Below, in pieces: positions 40,880 to 53,057 of a stretch of 64,000 nt of DNA. The stretch comes from Spirochaetota bacterium (GTDB lineage: Bacteria > Spirochaetota > UBA6919 > CBDBPB01). The first letter of the stretch is position 1, and each line of letters starts with the position of its first letter. The notes below the pieces were generated by a model. It ran no database searches. It had not been told where the DNA came from and saw nothing but the letters and a program-made list of their open reading frames with translations. Location: NCBI GenBank assembly GCA_965208615.1, contig CBDBPB010000001.1, forward strand, positions 385,429-449,428. Reading direction: 5' to 3'. The translations under genes and the position numbers were made by a program.

Positions 40880-42250
40880 GTGTCATTAGATTATGATTTA
40901 TTAGTTATAGGATCAGGACCAGGGGGCTATAACGCAGCAATACGAGCATCCCAACTTGGAATGAAGGTTGCTGTGGTTGAAAAGAATAGCATTGGAGGAG
41001 TTTGTGTTAACCTTGGATGTATACCATCAAAAGTTCTTATTAATCAGGCATCTATTTTGGAATACTCTACTCAACTTAAAGATTTGGGTATAAAAGTTGA
41101 TTATAGTAATTTTGACTACGAAAAAGTATATAAAAAATCTCGTAATGCGGTAAATACTGTTGCTAAAGGTATTCAGTATTTGTTTAAGAAAAACAAGATT
41201 GATTTTATCAAGGGTTTTGCCTTCATTAAGAACAGAAATGAAGTTATTGTTGATACTAATAGAATAACTTCGAAATATATTTTAATTGCTAGTGGTTCTA
41301 GTCCAAAGGGGCCTGCTGAGATTGACGGTCTATCTTTTAACGATTTTATATTATCTTCTAGCGATTTACTAATGTTAAAAGCTTTACCTAAAAGTATTAT
41401 TATTTTAGGTGCCGGACCTGTGGGAGTAGAACTAGCGTATGTTATGAGTGCTTTTGGTGTACAGGTACATTTAGTGGAGGCTATGGAACATATCCTACCT
41501 TGTGAGGATCATGAGATAGCTAATGTAGTACTAAGATCTTTTAAGAAAAAGAATATTAAAATATCAACGTCTACTAGGGCCAAGTCTATAATTAGGCAGG
41601 GGGATATAGTTAGGGTTAGGTTGGAAGATCATAACGGTATTCAAGAATATGAGGCTAATAAAATACTTATAGCCACTGGTAGAAAGGCTAACATATATAA
41701 TATGGGCTTAGAACAGCTTGGTATAGATATTAATAATGGCTTTATCTCTGTTGGAGACTATTATAAAACTTCTATTGATAATATATATGCAATTGGAGAT
41801 GTTATAAACACTCCCCAATTGGCTCATCTAGCTTCTAAAGAGGGTGAGGTTGCAGTAGAACATATTACTGGAAAAACTAATAGGGTTATCAATTTATCCG
41901 AAGTACCATCTGTTATATACTGTGAACCTCAAGTGGCTAGTTTTGGTTATACCGAGCTTAAGGCCAAAAACGAAGGATTATCTTTTAAAAAGGAAAAATA
42001 TTATTATAAGGCTTTACCTAAGGCTGTTGCTATTAACGAGTCTGACGGCTTTATTAAGTTACTTTATAGCAATAATAAGATTTTAGGAGTTCATATTGTT
42101 GGTACTTATGCTACTGAGATTATTCACGAACTTCTTATTATAAAGGCATTAGGCGTTAAACTAGAGGATACTATGTCTATAATTTATGCACATCCTACAA
42201 TATCAGAGTTAATTATGGAGATTACTCGTATTACAAAACCAGTTATTTAG
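40880..42250 (+). CDS. lpdA: Dihydrolipoyl dehydrogenase
   Basis: GSGPGG, GGVCVNLGCIPSK, HPTISE. Confidence 0.9.
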   Translation: MSLDYDLLVIGSGPGGYNAAIRASQLGMKVAVVEKNSIGGVCVNLGCIPSKVLINQASILEYSTQLKDLGIKVDYSNFDYEKVYKKSRNAVNTVAKGIQYLFKKNKIDFIKGFAFIKNRNEVIVDTNRITSKYILIASGSSPKGPAEIDGLSFNDFILSSSDLLMLKALPKSIIILGAGPVGVELAYVMSAFGVQVHLVEAMEHILPCEDHEIANVVLRSFKKKNIKISTSTRAKSIIRQGDIVRVRLEDHNGIQEYEANKILIATGRKANIYNMGLEQLGIDINNGFISVGDYYKTSIDNIYAIGDVINTPQLAHLASKEGEVAVEHITGKTNRVINLSEVPSVIYCEPQVASFGYTELKAKNEGLSFKKEKYYYKALPKAVAINESDGFIKLLYSNNKILGVHIVGTYATEIIHELLIIKALGVKLEDTMSIIYAHPTISELIMEITRITKPVI

Positions 42251-42303
42251 CTTAAATCGCTTTAAGATATTAAAATATAATAAGTGGACTAATAGGGGTT
42301 AAC

Positions 42304-42507
42304 ATGGATAAGTTGTATAATATTTCTTTTACTGAAGAGGAACTTCATTCTTTAGAGGTAATTTTAAGTTGTGTTGACTATACTAAGTTAGTTAATACTA
42401 ATAAGATGGCCTTATCTATGCATCATATTAAGCTTTCTAATATATTTTTAACTCTTGAAAAGCTTAAGGGATTTATTCAAGAAAAGCTTAGTATAGATGA
42501 CGAATAA
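42304..42507 (+). CDS. Hypothetical protein, 67 aa
   Basis: ATG after AGGGG; fills the intergenic gap. Confidence 0.6.
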   Translation: MDKLYNISFTEEELHSLEVILSCVDYTKLVNTNKMALSMHHIKLSNIFLTLEKLKGFIQEKLSIDDE

Positions 42508-42514
42508 CTAATTG

Positions 42515-43273
42515 TTATTTTGTACGAGCCATAAAGCTATCAAGCTTATTCCTTTTATGTTGAAGGGCTTTAATTTTATTAGAAATTATTTTATTGTAGT
42601 TGAATTCTGGATAGTTCTCTTTATTATAATAGTTTTTGATTTTACGTTTATAATTTTCATCTGACATGTGGTATATTTTATAAACTTCATCTTCCATTTG
42701 ATCCATTTCTATTCCCTTTAGATCTATTTTAGCCATTTTCCAGCATATATCAACATATTGTTTAGTTTTTTGCCAATACGCCTTAGCTTGTTTATAAAGC
42801 TTTTCAGCAATATTAAAGCCTTTATTAAGTTCTTTGTAATACTCAATATTGAACCAATAAATATTTGCAGAGTCATACCGTGAACCTAGCTTAAGGTAGC
42901 TCTTGGTTAATAACAAAGAGATTCTCATTTTCATAAGCTCTTTATATTTTATATAATGCTTTTCTGTAAATGGAGACTCTCCATTTTTGTCATAAGGAGG
43001 ATTAGCCCAATCATATCTAACGTATGCAAATGATTTAGTTGGATGTACCCACCATTTATTGCTTTCGGCGGCCTTTAAACCAAAACTAAGATAATATATA
43101 TTAGCAAGATGTGCGGCAGTATCACCATAAAGATTTTTTCTATATAGTTTATAATAGTCTTCTACGAATACAATTTTCCTTCTATGGGGTACAAAATGAA
43201 AGTCTTTTAGGTCGGTTAATGCTGGTTCAGAAAAAAATAGCAAAATAATAATTATAAGAAGTCCTTTTTTCAC
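42515..43273 (-). CDS. Secreted conserved hypothetical protein (spirochaete-type)
   Basis: Signal peptide; pattern E.YYKLY...NIYYL...Y.KLGS.YD...Y.FN...A..YW recalled from spirochaete proteins; SD AGGAG, GTG start. Confidence 0.7.
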   Translation of the reverse strand: MKKGLLIIIILLFFSEPALTDLKDFHFVPHRRKIVFVEDYYKLYRKNLYGDTAAHLANIYYLSFGLKAAESNKWWVHPTKSFAYVRYDWANPPYDKNGESPFTEKHYIKYKELMKMRISLLLTKSYLKLGSRYDSANIYWFNIEYYKELNKGFNIAEKLYKQAKAYWQKTKQYVDICWKMAKIDLKGIEMDQMEDEVYKIYHMSDENYKRKIKNYYNKENYPEFNYNKIISNKIKALQHKRNKLDSFMARTK

Positions 43274-43353
43274 TAGACTCTCCTTTTTGTATCAGGCTAT
43301 TATTATAACTGTAGGATATAGTATCGGCAGAATAAAATTGATTTCAATTAGTT

Positions 43354-45111
43354 TTATACGGTAATCAAAACATTATTATAAAGATTATTAACTACTTCTT
43401 TTTTAAAAGATGACTTTGATGTAATCCTATACTGCCCTAAAAGGCTTATAAGAAAGGTATAAGTATAGTAATCATCTGAGAGCTCTACTTTAACGTCAAT
43501 AATATTAACATAGCTTAGTGCTATTAGACACGAATATAAAAGTAGATTCGAAAGATGTCTATTTTCAACTTTAATTTCCTGAAACTTCCTAGAACCAATT
43601 TCTATATAACTTAAGGCTATAGTAAAAGATTTAAGTCGTTTATCTAGTTCTTGCTGATTTAGTTCTATATTAAGCTTACCGGGTTCAAAATGATAAGAGT
43701 TACACTTTTTTAGGTTATCTTTAAAAGACTCAATCATATTATCAGAAAACCCTTTTTTTTCAATATGTTTAATAGTTATAATATCAATAAGACGTTCGTC
43801 ATCACCAGAATAGGCAAGAAGACTAAATATCTTAGCTTTTCTACCCCAGTAAATACAGGTTTCTATTAAACAATTAACTAACTTTAAAAGACTCCCTTTT
43901 GAGGCATATTGTTTAGTAATAGTAATTCTTATAGTATCTTTTTCAATACCAAGCTGAAAGCTAAAATTATCCTTTGATTTATTCAAAAGGCTCATGTGTA
44001 AAAGCTTTTCTTGTGGAGTAGTTTGATTAAGATAACGTGGTAACATTATTTTACTATGGTTTAGATAGCTATTAGTTACACTTATTAGCTCTTTTCTCAT
44101 TTTTGATTCACAAATATCTAATAGTGCATTATCAAGCAAAAACCAGCTATTAGTTCTAAGACTTTGGATATAGAGCTTCTTAAATATATTATCTATTTCA
44201 TCTTGTTTATTCTTTTCTATATCGGGGAACTTATGATGAACAATCGAAATAAGGTCATTTAGCTTTTTACCCAAAAACCATTTAGCACGTAAATAGATAG
44301 TTTCTTTTTGTAAGCTTACATTAAACCAAACTTTACCTATATCATCAACACTATATATATCTATTAAATAGATCAGATAGTTTATATTTAACTCATGGAT
44401 AAGTAAGGCAGTAGGATTAGGTTCCTTGATTATAGGATAATTATAATCTGTTGTATAATCCATAATCCTACGTATAAATACAAAAAAGTTAAGATTAGCT
44501 TTAGTTTGGAGCATACTAATGTGATCATGTCCTAGAATAAGGTGTTTTAGTCTATTAGCAAACTGTCTACTTATTCCATCTATTTCTTCTAAAAGTGCAT
44601 ATGCTAAAAAAGCACCTCTTTCTTCATGTCCCTTAGTTCTGTATAGCAGTTTTAGGTAATCTATTGTATAATTAGCACCTTTTTTTTTACTTTCTTCAAA
44701 TTCTTCTTCTATTTCCTGATCGGTTTTATCGTAGGTACTCTTACCAAGATCGTGGAGTAATAAGGCAAGAACTATTAACCTAAAGTCATCACTATGTGGT
44801 TCAAGCTTAAGGCTGATAATCAACTGAATTATTCGTTTAAAAAAGCTTTTTTTATATAAGGTACTCCCAGTCATTTCCTTATCAAAAAGAGAGGGATGTT
44901 TATAACACTTATAGGCCAGAGAAAAGTTTTTTAAGGTTCTTTTACTATGGTCAAGAACGGTAAATATATGAGAGGTAGACATACCATGACGATTTAGATA
45001 AAAGTTTAGATTAGAAAGTTCTTTAAAATATAAAAATAGTTTATCATCTTCCATGGATAAGATTTCATCGAGAATATTTTTTGAATCCAACAATTCTTTT
45101 ATACTGTGCAT
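43354..45111 (-). CDS. GlnD-like HD-domain plus two ACT-like domains, lacking the nucleotidyltransferase domain
   Basis: HIFTVLDHS, LLLHDLGK, GHEERGA and PRYL..T..E...H linker match the C-terminal half of GlnD. Confidence 0.65.
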   Translation of the reverse strand: MHSIKELLDSKNILDEILSMEDDKLFLYFKELSNLNFYLNRHGMSTSHIFTVLDHSKRTLKNFSLAYKCYKHPSLFDKEMTGSTLYKKSFFKRIIQLIISLKLEPHSDDFRLIVLALLLHDLGKSTYDKTDQEIEEEFEESKKKGANYTIDYLKLLYRTKGHEERGAFLAYALLEEIDGISRQFANRLKHLILGHDHISMLQTKANLNFFVFIRRIMDYTTDYNYPIIKEPNPTALLIHELNINYLIYLIDIYSVDDIGKVWFNVSLQKETIYLRAKWFLGKKLNDLISIVHHKFPDIEKNKQDEIDNIFKKLYIQSLRTNSWFLLDNALLDICESKMRKELISVTNSYLNHSKIMLPRYLNQTTPQEKLLHMSLLNKSKDNFSFQLGIEKDTIRITITKQYASKGSLLKLVNCLIETCIYWGRKAKIFSLLAYSGDDERLIDIITIKHIEKKGFSDNMIESFKDNLKKCNSYHFEPGKLNIELNQQELDKRLKSFTIALSYIEIGSRKFQEIKVENRHLSNLLLYSCLIALSYVNIIDVKVELSDDYYTYTFLISLLGQYRITSKSSFKKEVVNNLYNNVLITV

Positions 45112-45265
45112 TATATAATCCCTATTTATTAGAATATCGTTATTGATTTAACTTATTGACTAATCTTAAAGTTACTAAAACTATTATTAACTTAATCAAT
45201 TAAAGCATTGTAGGCATATTTGGTAATAAACAGACTATTTTAATATCGACAGCCTTATACTAATA

Positions 45266-46384
45266 TTAATATAGTTTATTATTTAGTCTAATCATTTTTA
45301 AGATATCTTTTTTAAACTTATTAATAGGTATATCTTTAGACAATTCTTTATTTGTTTTTATTTTTTTTAAGTTAAAAATAACCTTATTTAGATAAGGTAT
45401 ACTATTATTGTATGCGAGTATAGCATTTTTTTGTGATTTATTATAATTATGCTTTGCCAAATAGTTAGCTACGCTTGTTATAGAGTCATATATATTAAAT
45501 AGATCAATTTTTTTATCTTCATTTCCATCTTTTGCATAACGTATATAACTACTTGGTAAAAACTGTGCAATACCAAAGGCACCAGCATACGATCCATAAA
45601 GGTTTTTGCTATCAAGCTTATTATTTAGAGATAGTAGAGCCAGCATTTCTTTAAATCCCCAATTTCCCTTTTTTTGGGCATACTTGTTTAACTTATCCAT
45701 ATTAGCATTTGGATACTTATTTTTAATATGCAGTAGTATTTCTTTTCGTACTTCGGAATATTGTAATAGACTTAGGTTAAAAAAGACATTTAGGGTATTA
45801 AACGATCCAGTATCCGCACCGAATTTTGACTCTATCCATAATATGGATACTATAGTGGTTATTGGTATATTATATTTTTCGCTAATATTTTCTAAATATG
45901 ATTTATACTTTTTTACAAAGTCTTCTTTTGACATTGTATTCCTTAGTCTTTTCCTATAAGGAGTTTTTATTTTTTTATTTATCTCTTTAATAAATCCAAG
46001 GTTAGCCGCTATAATTCCTGGTTGAAACTTTATGGCATTCCTATTTAAATAGTTTTTTATAGTTTTATTATTTATATTATTTTGTTTTAGTTTTGACGAT
46101 ACAAGTAATAATAACTTTTTGTGTTTTAGCTTATTATTCGATGGACTACAAACCTTTTGTAAAGTTACATTATCTTTTTTTAAGTTAGTTTTTTTAAGAG
46201 TTGATTGGACTATTAATTTATTATTTATATATCCTACTTGATTAAGGTTTTTGTGTTGCAATAAAGTAAAAACTACTATAAACAGTATTATAACTATAAA
46301 CGGTATTAGAAATTTATAGTTTAGGTTATCCACTGTAGTAAGTTCTTGTTGATGGATATTTTTATATACGTATTTATATGGCAT
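45266..46384 (-). CDS. mltB: Lytic murein transglycosylase B family
   Basis: ILWIESKFG, GSYAGAFGIAQFLPSSY, D..SVANYL, AYNNS. Confidence 0.88.
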   Translation of the reverse strand: MPYKYVYKNIHQQELTTVDNLNYKFLIPFIVIILFIVVFTLLQHKNLNQVGYINNKLIVQSTLKKTNLKKDNVTLQKVCSPSNNKLKHKKLLLLVSSKLKQNNINNKTIKNYLNRNAIKFQPGIIAANLGFIKEINKKIKTPYRKRLRNTMSKEDFVKKYKSYLENISEKYNIPITTIVSILWIESKFGADTGSFNTLNVFFNLSLLQYSEVRKEILLHIKNKYPNANMDKLNKYAQKKGNWGFKEMLALLSLNNKLDSKNLYGSYAGAFGIAQFLPSSYIRYAKDGNEDKKIDLFNIYDSITSVANYLAKHNYNKSQKNAILAYNNSIPYLNKVIFNLKKIKTNKELSKDIPINKFKKDILKMIRLNNKLY

Positions 46385-46705
46385 TATAAGGTCCTATTTA
46401 TATATTTTGTTGATATCACATTTATAGAGATAAGCCCATAGCATAGCAATATAATAATTTTTATATTATTAGTAGCTTTTAACAAACTCTGCCTAAGGCT
46501 AAGAATTACATATTTCATTTTGTTGTGTATCCACCTTGGAATGTTTTTATACTAAGATGATTACTATTAAGTTTTTTAAGACTTGTACTCATATATAAGC
46601 TTTTTTACATTTTTATTGATAAACAAATTGTCATATACAATTTTAATCAGTAAATTAATAGTCTATACTTGGTGAGTTATATTTTAATTATAAATTATTT
46701 TTTTT

Positions 46706-47896
46706 ATGAATAAAATAGAAATAATCAGCTTTTATCCAGACGATAAAGCCAATCTAAAGCAATTTATAAAGCTTCCGTGGAAGATATACGAAAAAGATTC
46801 TAACTTTGTTTCACCTATGAAAATGGAGCTAATAGGTAACAAGTTTTTGGGAGTTAAAGGACTTTTAACAAAAAGTCATCCTTTTCATAGTCATTCTGAT
46901 ATTAAATATTTTTTGGCTAAGAAAAATAATATAGTTGTTGGACGCTTGGCTTGTTGTATAAACCATAATTATAATTCATATCATAAAGTTAGCTCTGGTT
47001 CATTTGGATTCTTTGAGTGTATTGATGATAATGAAGTGGCCAAAAGCTTGTTTGATAAAGGTATTTCTTGGCTTAAGACTAAAAATATAACCAATGTTAT
47101 TGGCCCCCTTAATTTTTCACAAGATGAGTCTTTGGGATTACTTATAGATGGATATGAATATTTTCCGTATATTCAAACGGTTTATAACAAAAGATATTAT
47201 CAACGGCTTATAGAGGATTACGGCTTTAAAAAGGCAACTGATCTTATTGCTCAGCTTATGCCGGTAAAGATTAATAATAAAACAAAAAACAGGCATGATA
47301 GGCTAAATAAGGTTATTGATAGAATAAAAACAACTAAGGATATTACAGTTAAGCCAGTTGACCTTAGTAATAAGAAAAAGTTTAAAGAAAACATCCTTTT
47401 GTTAAGAGAGATATATAATACTGCATGGGCAGGCAATTGGGGTATTGTACCTATAACAGAAGAAGAAGCTCTAACTGCTGGTGAAAACCTTAAGCTAATC
47501 GCAGATCCAGGACTTATTAACTTTGCTTTTGTAAAGGGTAAACCAGTTGGTATGATTATTAGTTTACCCGATGTTAATAAGATGTCGTGGGTTAAAAATA
47601 GTAGTCTTAATAAATATGATTTTGTTAGACTTTTAAGGATTATATTTAAGCGTCGTAGTGTTAAAAGAGTTAGGCTCTGGGCATTAGGTATATTACAAGA
47701 ATATCAAAAGATTGGAGTTGATGCAGTTTTATACCATGAATCTTTTAACAATGCTCACAAAAAAAAGTATGAAGAATGTGAGATATCATGGCTCCTTGAG
47801 GATAACGTTTTAGTAATTAGAGCTGGTGAGTCTATGGGAGCAAAAAAGTATAAGACCTGGAGATTATATAAACTCGCAATAAATGAAAATAATTAG
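46706..47896 (+). CDS. GNAT-fold N-acyltransferase (YghO-like)
   Basis: FIKLPWKIY, GSFGFFECIDD, YN..YY, AW..NWG.VP, EISWLLEDN, YKTWRLY. Confidence 0.82.
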   Translation: MNKIEIISFYPDDKANLKQFIKLPWKIYEKDSNFVSPMKMELIGNKFLGVKGLLTKSHPFHSHSDIKYFLAKKNNIVVGRLACCINHNYNSYHKVSSGSFGFFECIDDNEVAKSLFDKGISWLKTKNITNVIGPLNFSQDESLGLLIDGYEYFPYIQTVYNKRYYQRLIEDYGFKKATDLIAQLMPVKINNKTKNRHDRLNKVIDRIKTTKDITVKPVDLSNKKKFKENILLLREIYNTAWAGNWGIVPITEEEALTAGENLKLIADPGLINFAFVKGKPVGMIISLPDVNKMSWVKNSSLNKYDFVRLLRIIFKRRSVKRVRLWALGILQEYQKIGVDAVLYHESFNNAHKKKYEECEISWLLEDNVLVIRAGESMGAKKYKTWRLYKLAINENN

Positions 47897-48383
47897 ATTG
47901 TTTATAATAGTATTTATACTTAGCCACTGTGGTATACCTTCCAATGAGCTGTTTGAAGACCTAAACGCTCCTAAGAATCTTACTGTAACTAAGATAGGAA
48001 GTGGTAATGTAACAATTAACTTTTGGGCATATAACCCCGAAGAAAACTTTAGCGGATATAATATATATATGACAAGTGACTCAGAAGCAGTATTAACTAG
48101 TCAACATGCTCTTCATATTAATGATAGTCAGATTAACACTAATGTTAGAACAACTTCTATTGTTAAAAATAAGGATTATAGTTATCCCACAATTACTGAT
48201 AGTGATGCAGGGGTTATAGCTGTAAGGTCTGCTCCTGGAAGTATAACTTTTACTTTTGACAAAGCACCAAATAACCAAATAATTGCAGTTGGTGCGGTCT
48301 ACTATATTGCCGTATCTGCATTTAGTAGTACAAATAACTTAGAAAGCGGACTAAGTAATATTGTCTTTTTTGTTGGTGGTTAG
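47883..48383 (+). CDS. Lipoprotein with FN3-like domain
   Basis: Lipobox LSHC; AP.NL, GYNIY and YYIAVSA...ESGLSN FN3-like strands. Confidence 0.72.
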   Translation: MKIIRLFIIVFILSHCGIPSNELFEDLNAPKNLTVTKIGSGNVTINFWAYNPEENFSGYNIYMTSDSEAVLTSQHALHINDSQINTNVRTTSIVKNKDYSYPTITDSDAGVIAVRSAPGSITFTFDKAPNNQIIAVGAVYYIAVSAFSSTNNLESGLSNIVFFVGG

Positions 48384-48433
48384 GTAATATTGACTATAGC
48401 TTAAAGTTAACTTATTTTTTTATAAAACTTTGT

Positions 48434-48997
48434 ATGAATAAAATAATTAATATTAATTTATTATCCAGAAGAGACTTTATCAAAGAGCTTAAAACCTTAG
48501 CTAAAATAGGGCCTTTAGGGTCTTTAGGACTATCTATTTTAAATAGGTGTACTGGTACAGAGCCTCTACCTGATGACTTAGACACTCCATTTATTTGTAT
48601 GCCTCCATGCGATGCTAAAAGTCAATCAGATATTAATCCTAATAATGCATGGACTAATGGTACTAATCCTGTTGATTTAGTTTTTAGTGGGTATAATAAA
48701 GAGTCTGGATTTGTCGGATATAATGTATGGTATGGTACTCAGGCTACGATTATTAGTAATCATAGTGTTAAGAATAGGAGTCTTGTTATTAATAGTACTG
48801 GCAATAAAACAATAGATGCCTCTAGTCTTGGTGGAACAAGCATTCCAACATATAGTACCACTTATACCGTTAACCAAACAGGGTATATTGAGCTTACTGT
48901 TAATAATACTGCATCTGGTAATTATCTTTATGTAAGTGCTTATAGCTCTAGTGATGGCCTTGATAGTCCATTGAGTAACGGTTATCTTATCCCTTAG
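48434..48997 (+). CDS. Tat-signal (lipo)protein, paralog of the upstream lipoprotein
   Basis: SRRDFIK twin-arginine motif; shares F.xYN.E..F.GYN and Y..VSA.SS...L.S.LSN with the upstream ORF. Confidence 0.7.
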   Translation: MNKIININLLSRRDFIKELKTLAKIGPLGSLGLSILNRCTGTEPLPDDLDTPFICMPPCDAKSQSDINPNNAWTNGTNPVDLVFSGYNKESGFVGYNVWYGTQATIISNHSVKNRSLVINSTGNKTIDASSLGGTSIPTYSTTYTVNQTGYIELTVNNTASGNYLYVSAYSSSDGLDSPLSNGYLIP

Positions 48998-49030
48998 GTT
49001 TATAAAATAAATAATAATCAAAGCTTAAGA

Positions 49031-50155
49031 ATGTCAAAACTAAATAAGAAATATAAAATATGCTTTTCTGGAGCAACGTGGATAAGTCCACTTTTTAATC
49101 CTGATATACCTTTCCACGCAGGTGGAGGAGAAGTTCAACTTTATTTTCTTGGTACTGAATTATCTAATGATCCTCGCTATGAGATAGTTTATCTGGTAGG
49201 AGACTTCGGACAAGCAAAAATAGAGCGATTTAATAAGATAATGCTATTTCGCGGTACAAAGCCTCTTTTTGATATGCCGTGGTATAAAATAGGCTTCGGT
49301 GCTATAAAAACTTTGTGGTGCCTAATCAAAATTAATGCGGATATATACTTTGAAAGAACCAGTAGCCCCAGATTAGGCCTTGTATCCTTATACTGTAAGA
49401 TTTTTAAAAAGAAACTAATATATATGACAGCCGCTGACATAGACTGCAATGGACAATATCCTAAAATATATGGTAAGATATTTCATCGCATATATAACTA
49501 CGGTCTAAAAAATGTAAATGCTGTTATTGTCCAAAGTGAAAAACAACAAAGACTAATGAAAAAAAATTACGGTATAGAATCCATATTTATAAAATCCCTA
49601 TTCAGGATTAGGGATAGCATTAATATTGAAAAAAAGTTCACCTTGTGGATAGCACGTTGTCATTGGATGAAAAAACCTAATATCTTTTTGGATATGGTTA
49701 AACTCTTCCCCAATGAAAAGTTTGTAATGATTTCTCCTAAGGCTGCGGATGATCATAAATTATTTGATAGTATCAAACAAAAAGCAAAAACATATTCTAA
49801 TCTTACCTTTATTGAGGAAGTTTCTTTTATTGACAGTCAATATTATTTTGATCAAGCTAAGGTATTTGTTAATACATCAACAGTTGAGGGTTTTCCTAAT
49901 ACCTTTTTGCAGGCTGGACTGTCTAAAACACCAATATTATCCTTAGATATAAGCCCTGATGACTTTCTACATAATATTGAAGGAGGTGTTTGCACTAATG
50001 GCAATATAAAGTTATTTTTCTCTATGTATGAAAAACTTGTTAACAACATACCTCATCGTAAGATGCTGGGTAATAATATCTTTGAATATGTTAAAAAACA
50101 TCACAATGCCAAAAGCATAGCCGAACAATATAAAAAATTAATGGAAAATATATAG
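49031..50155 (+). CDS. GT4-family glycosyltransferase
   Basis: GGGEVQ, K.P..F, FVNTS..EGFPNTFLQA. Confidence 0.92.
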   Translation: MSKLNKKYKICFSGATWISPLFNPDIPFHAGGGEVQLYFLGTELSNDPRYEIVYLVGDFGQAKIERFNKIMLFRGTKPLFDMPWYKIGFGAIKTLWCLIKINADIYFERTSSPRLGLVSLYCKIFKKKLIYMTAADIDCNGQYPKIYGKIFHRIYNYGLKNVNAVIVQSEKQQRLMKKNYGIESIFIKSLFRIRDSINIEKKFTLWIARCHWMKKPNIFLDMVKLFPNEKFVMISPKAADDHKLFDSIKQKAKTYSNLTFIEEVSFIDSQYYFDQAKVFVNTSTVEGFPNTFLQAGLSKTPILSLDISPDDFLHNIEGGVCTNGNIKLFFSMYEKLVNNIPHRKMLGNNIFEYVKKHHNAKSIAEQYKKLMENI

Positions 50156-50169
50156 CTTAACCAACTGTA

Positions 50170-51871
<1,702 letters not shown>

Positions 51872-52021
51872 TTAACACCACTATAGCATAATATGATAGA
51901 AAATTAATTCTAATAAGCAGTGTAGTAAGGTGAACTTATTGATTTTAATACTATTGGTATAATTGCCTTTAAAATACAATTTATTATATTATAAATTGTA
52001 AAAATAAACTGGATTACTGCT

Positions 52022-52934
52022 ATGTTTAAAAAAAAAAAGTAAGATAGAAAGAGGATTGCATAAAACTAAAGAAAACTTTGGAAAAAAAATGTTAAGCCTC
52101 CTTTCAAAAAATAAAACCGATGATGACTTCTTTGACGAAATTGAAGAACTCCTTGTTATGTCAGACGTTGGTGTGGAAACCTCTTTGGATATAATTAACC
52201 ACTTTAAAGAAAATCTTAACGAAAATAAACGTTCTAATATGTCTAACTTAAAATCCTATTTTAAAAAAAGCCTGATTGATATCATCCCCCAGTCATACTA
52301 CAAACTAAACAAGGATAACTTAAATGTAATATTTGTTTTGGGAGTAAATGGAGTTGGTAAAACAACATCTATAGGCAAATTAGCTAATAAGCTCCAATAT
52401 GAAGGCAGTAAAGTAATGTTGGCCGCATGTGATACGTTTAGAGCTGCTGCTATTGATCAACTGCAGATTTGGGGAGAAGATGTTAATATTCCAGTAATAA
52501 GCCGTAGTATGGGAAGTGATCCAGGAGCAGTGCTACATGATGCAATAGACTCCGCCAAAGCTAAGAATATAGATGTCTTAATAGTTGATACTGCAGGACG
52601 CTTTCATAACCGCTCTAACCTAATGGACGAAATTGAAAAACTATACAGAATATTAAACAAAAAAGCTGACTTTGCCAATAGAGAAACACTTTTAGTTGTT
52701 GATGCCAGTACAGGACAAAATGCCTTTGTACAAGCAGAATCCTTTAACGAAAGAATAAATCTTGATGGAATTATATTAAGTAAACTAGATTCTACTTCTA
52801 AAGGTGGAATAGTTATTGCCCTTGCTCATAAACTTAATCTACCTGTTAAATTTGTCGGTATAGGAGAAAGAATAGATGACCTCATTGATTTTAGCAAAGA
52901 AGAGTATATAGACTCTCTTTTTGGAAAGGATTAA
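52022..52934 (+). CDS. ftsY: SRP receptor FtsY; natural start probably ATG 52022, out of frame by one A in an A11 run
   Basis: GVNGVGKTT, DTFRAAA, DTAGR, SKLD...KGG, GIGE...DL..F. The ORF-track start 52056 cuts the conserved K...GL.KT helix. Confidence 0.92.
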
Positions 52935-53057
52935 TATATATAGGTGTATTTAAAGTAGTATTATATCACTTTTTTATAGTTTGATATAGTGCTTAACAAT
53001 AAAAGTATTATATATATATTATCTTTATTTATATAATTAACATTAATAGCTAATTAA

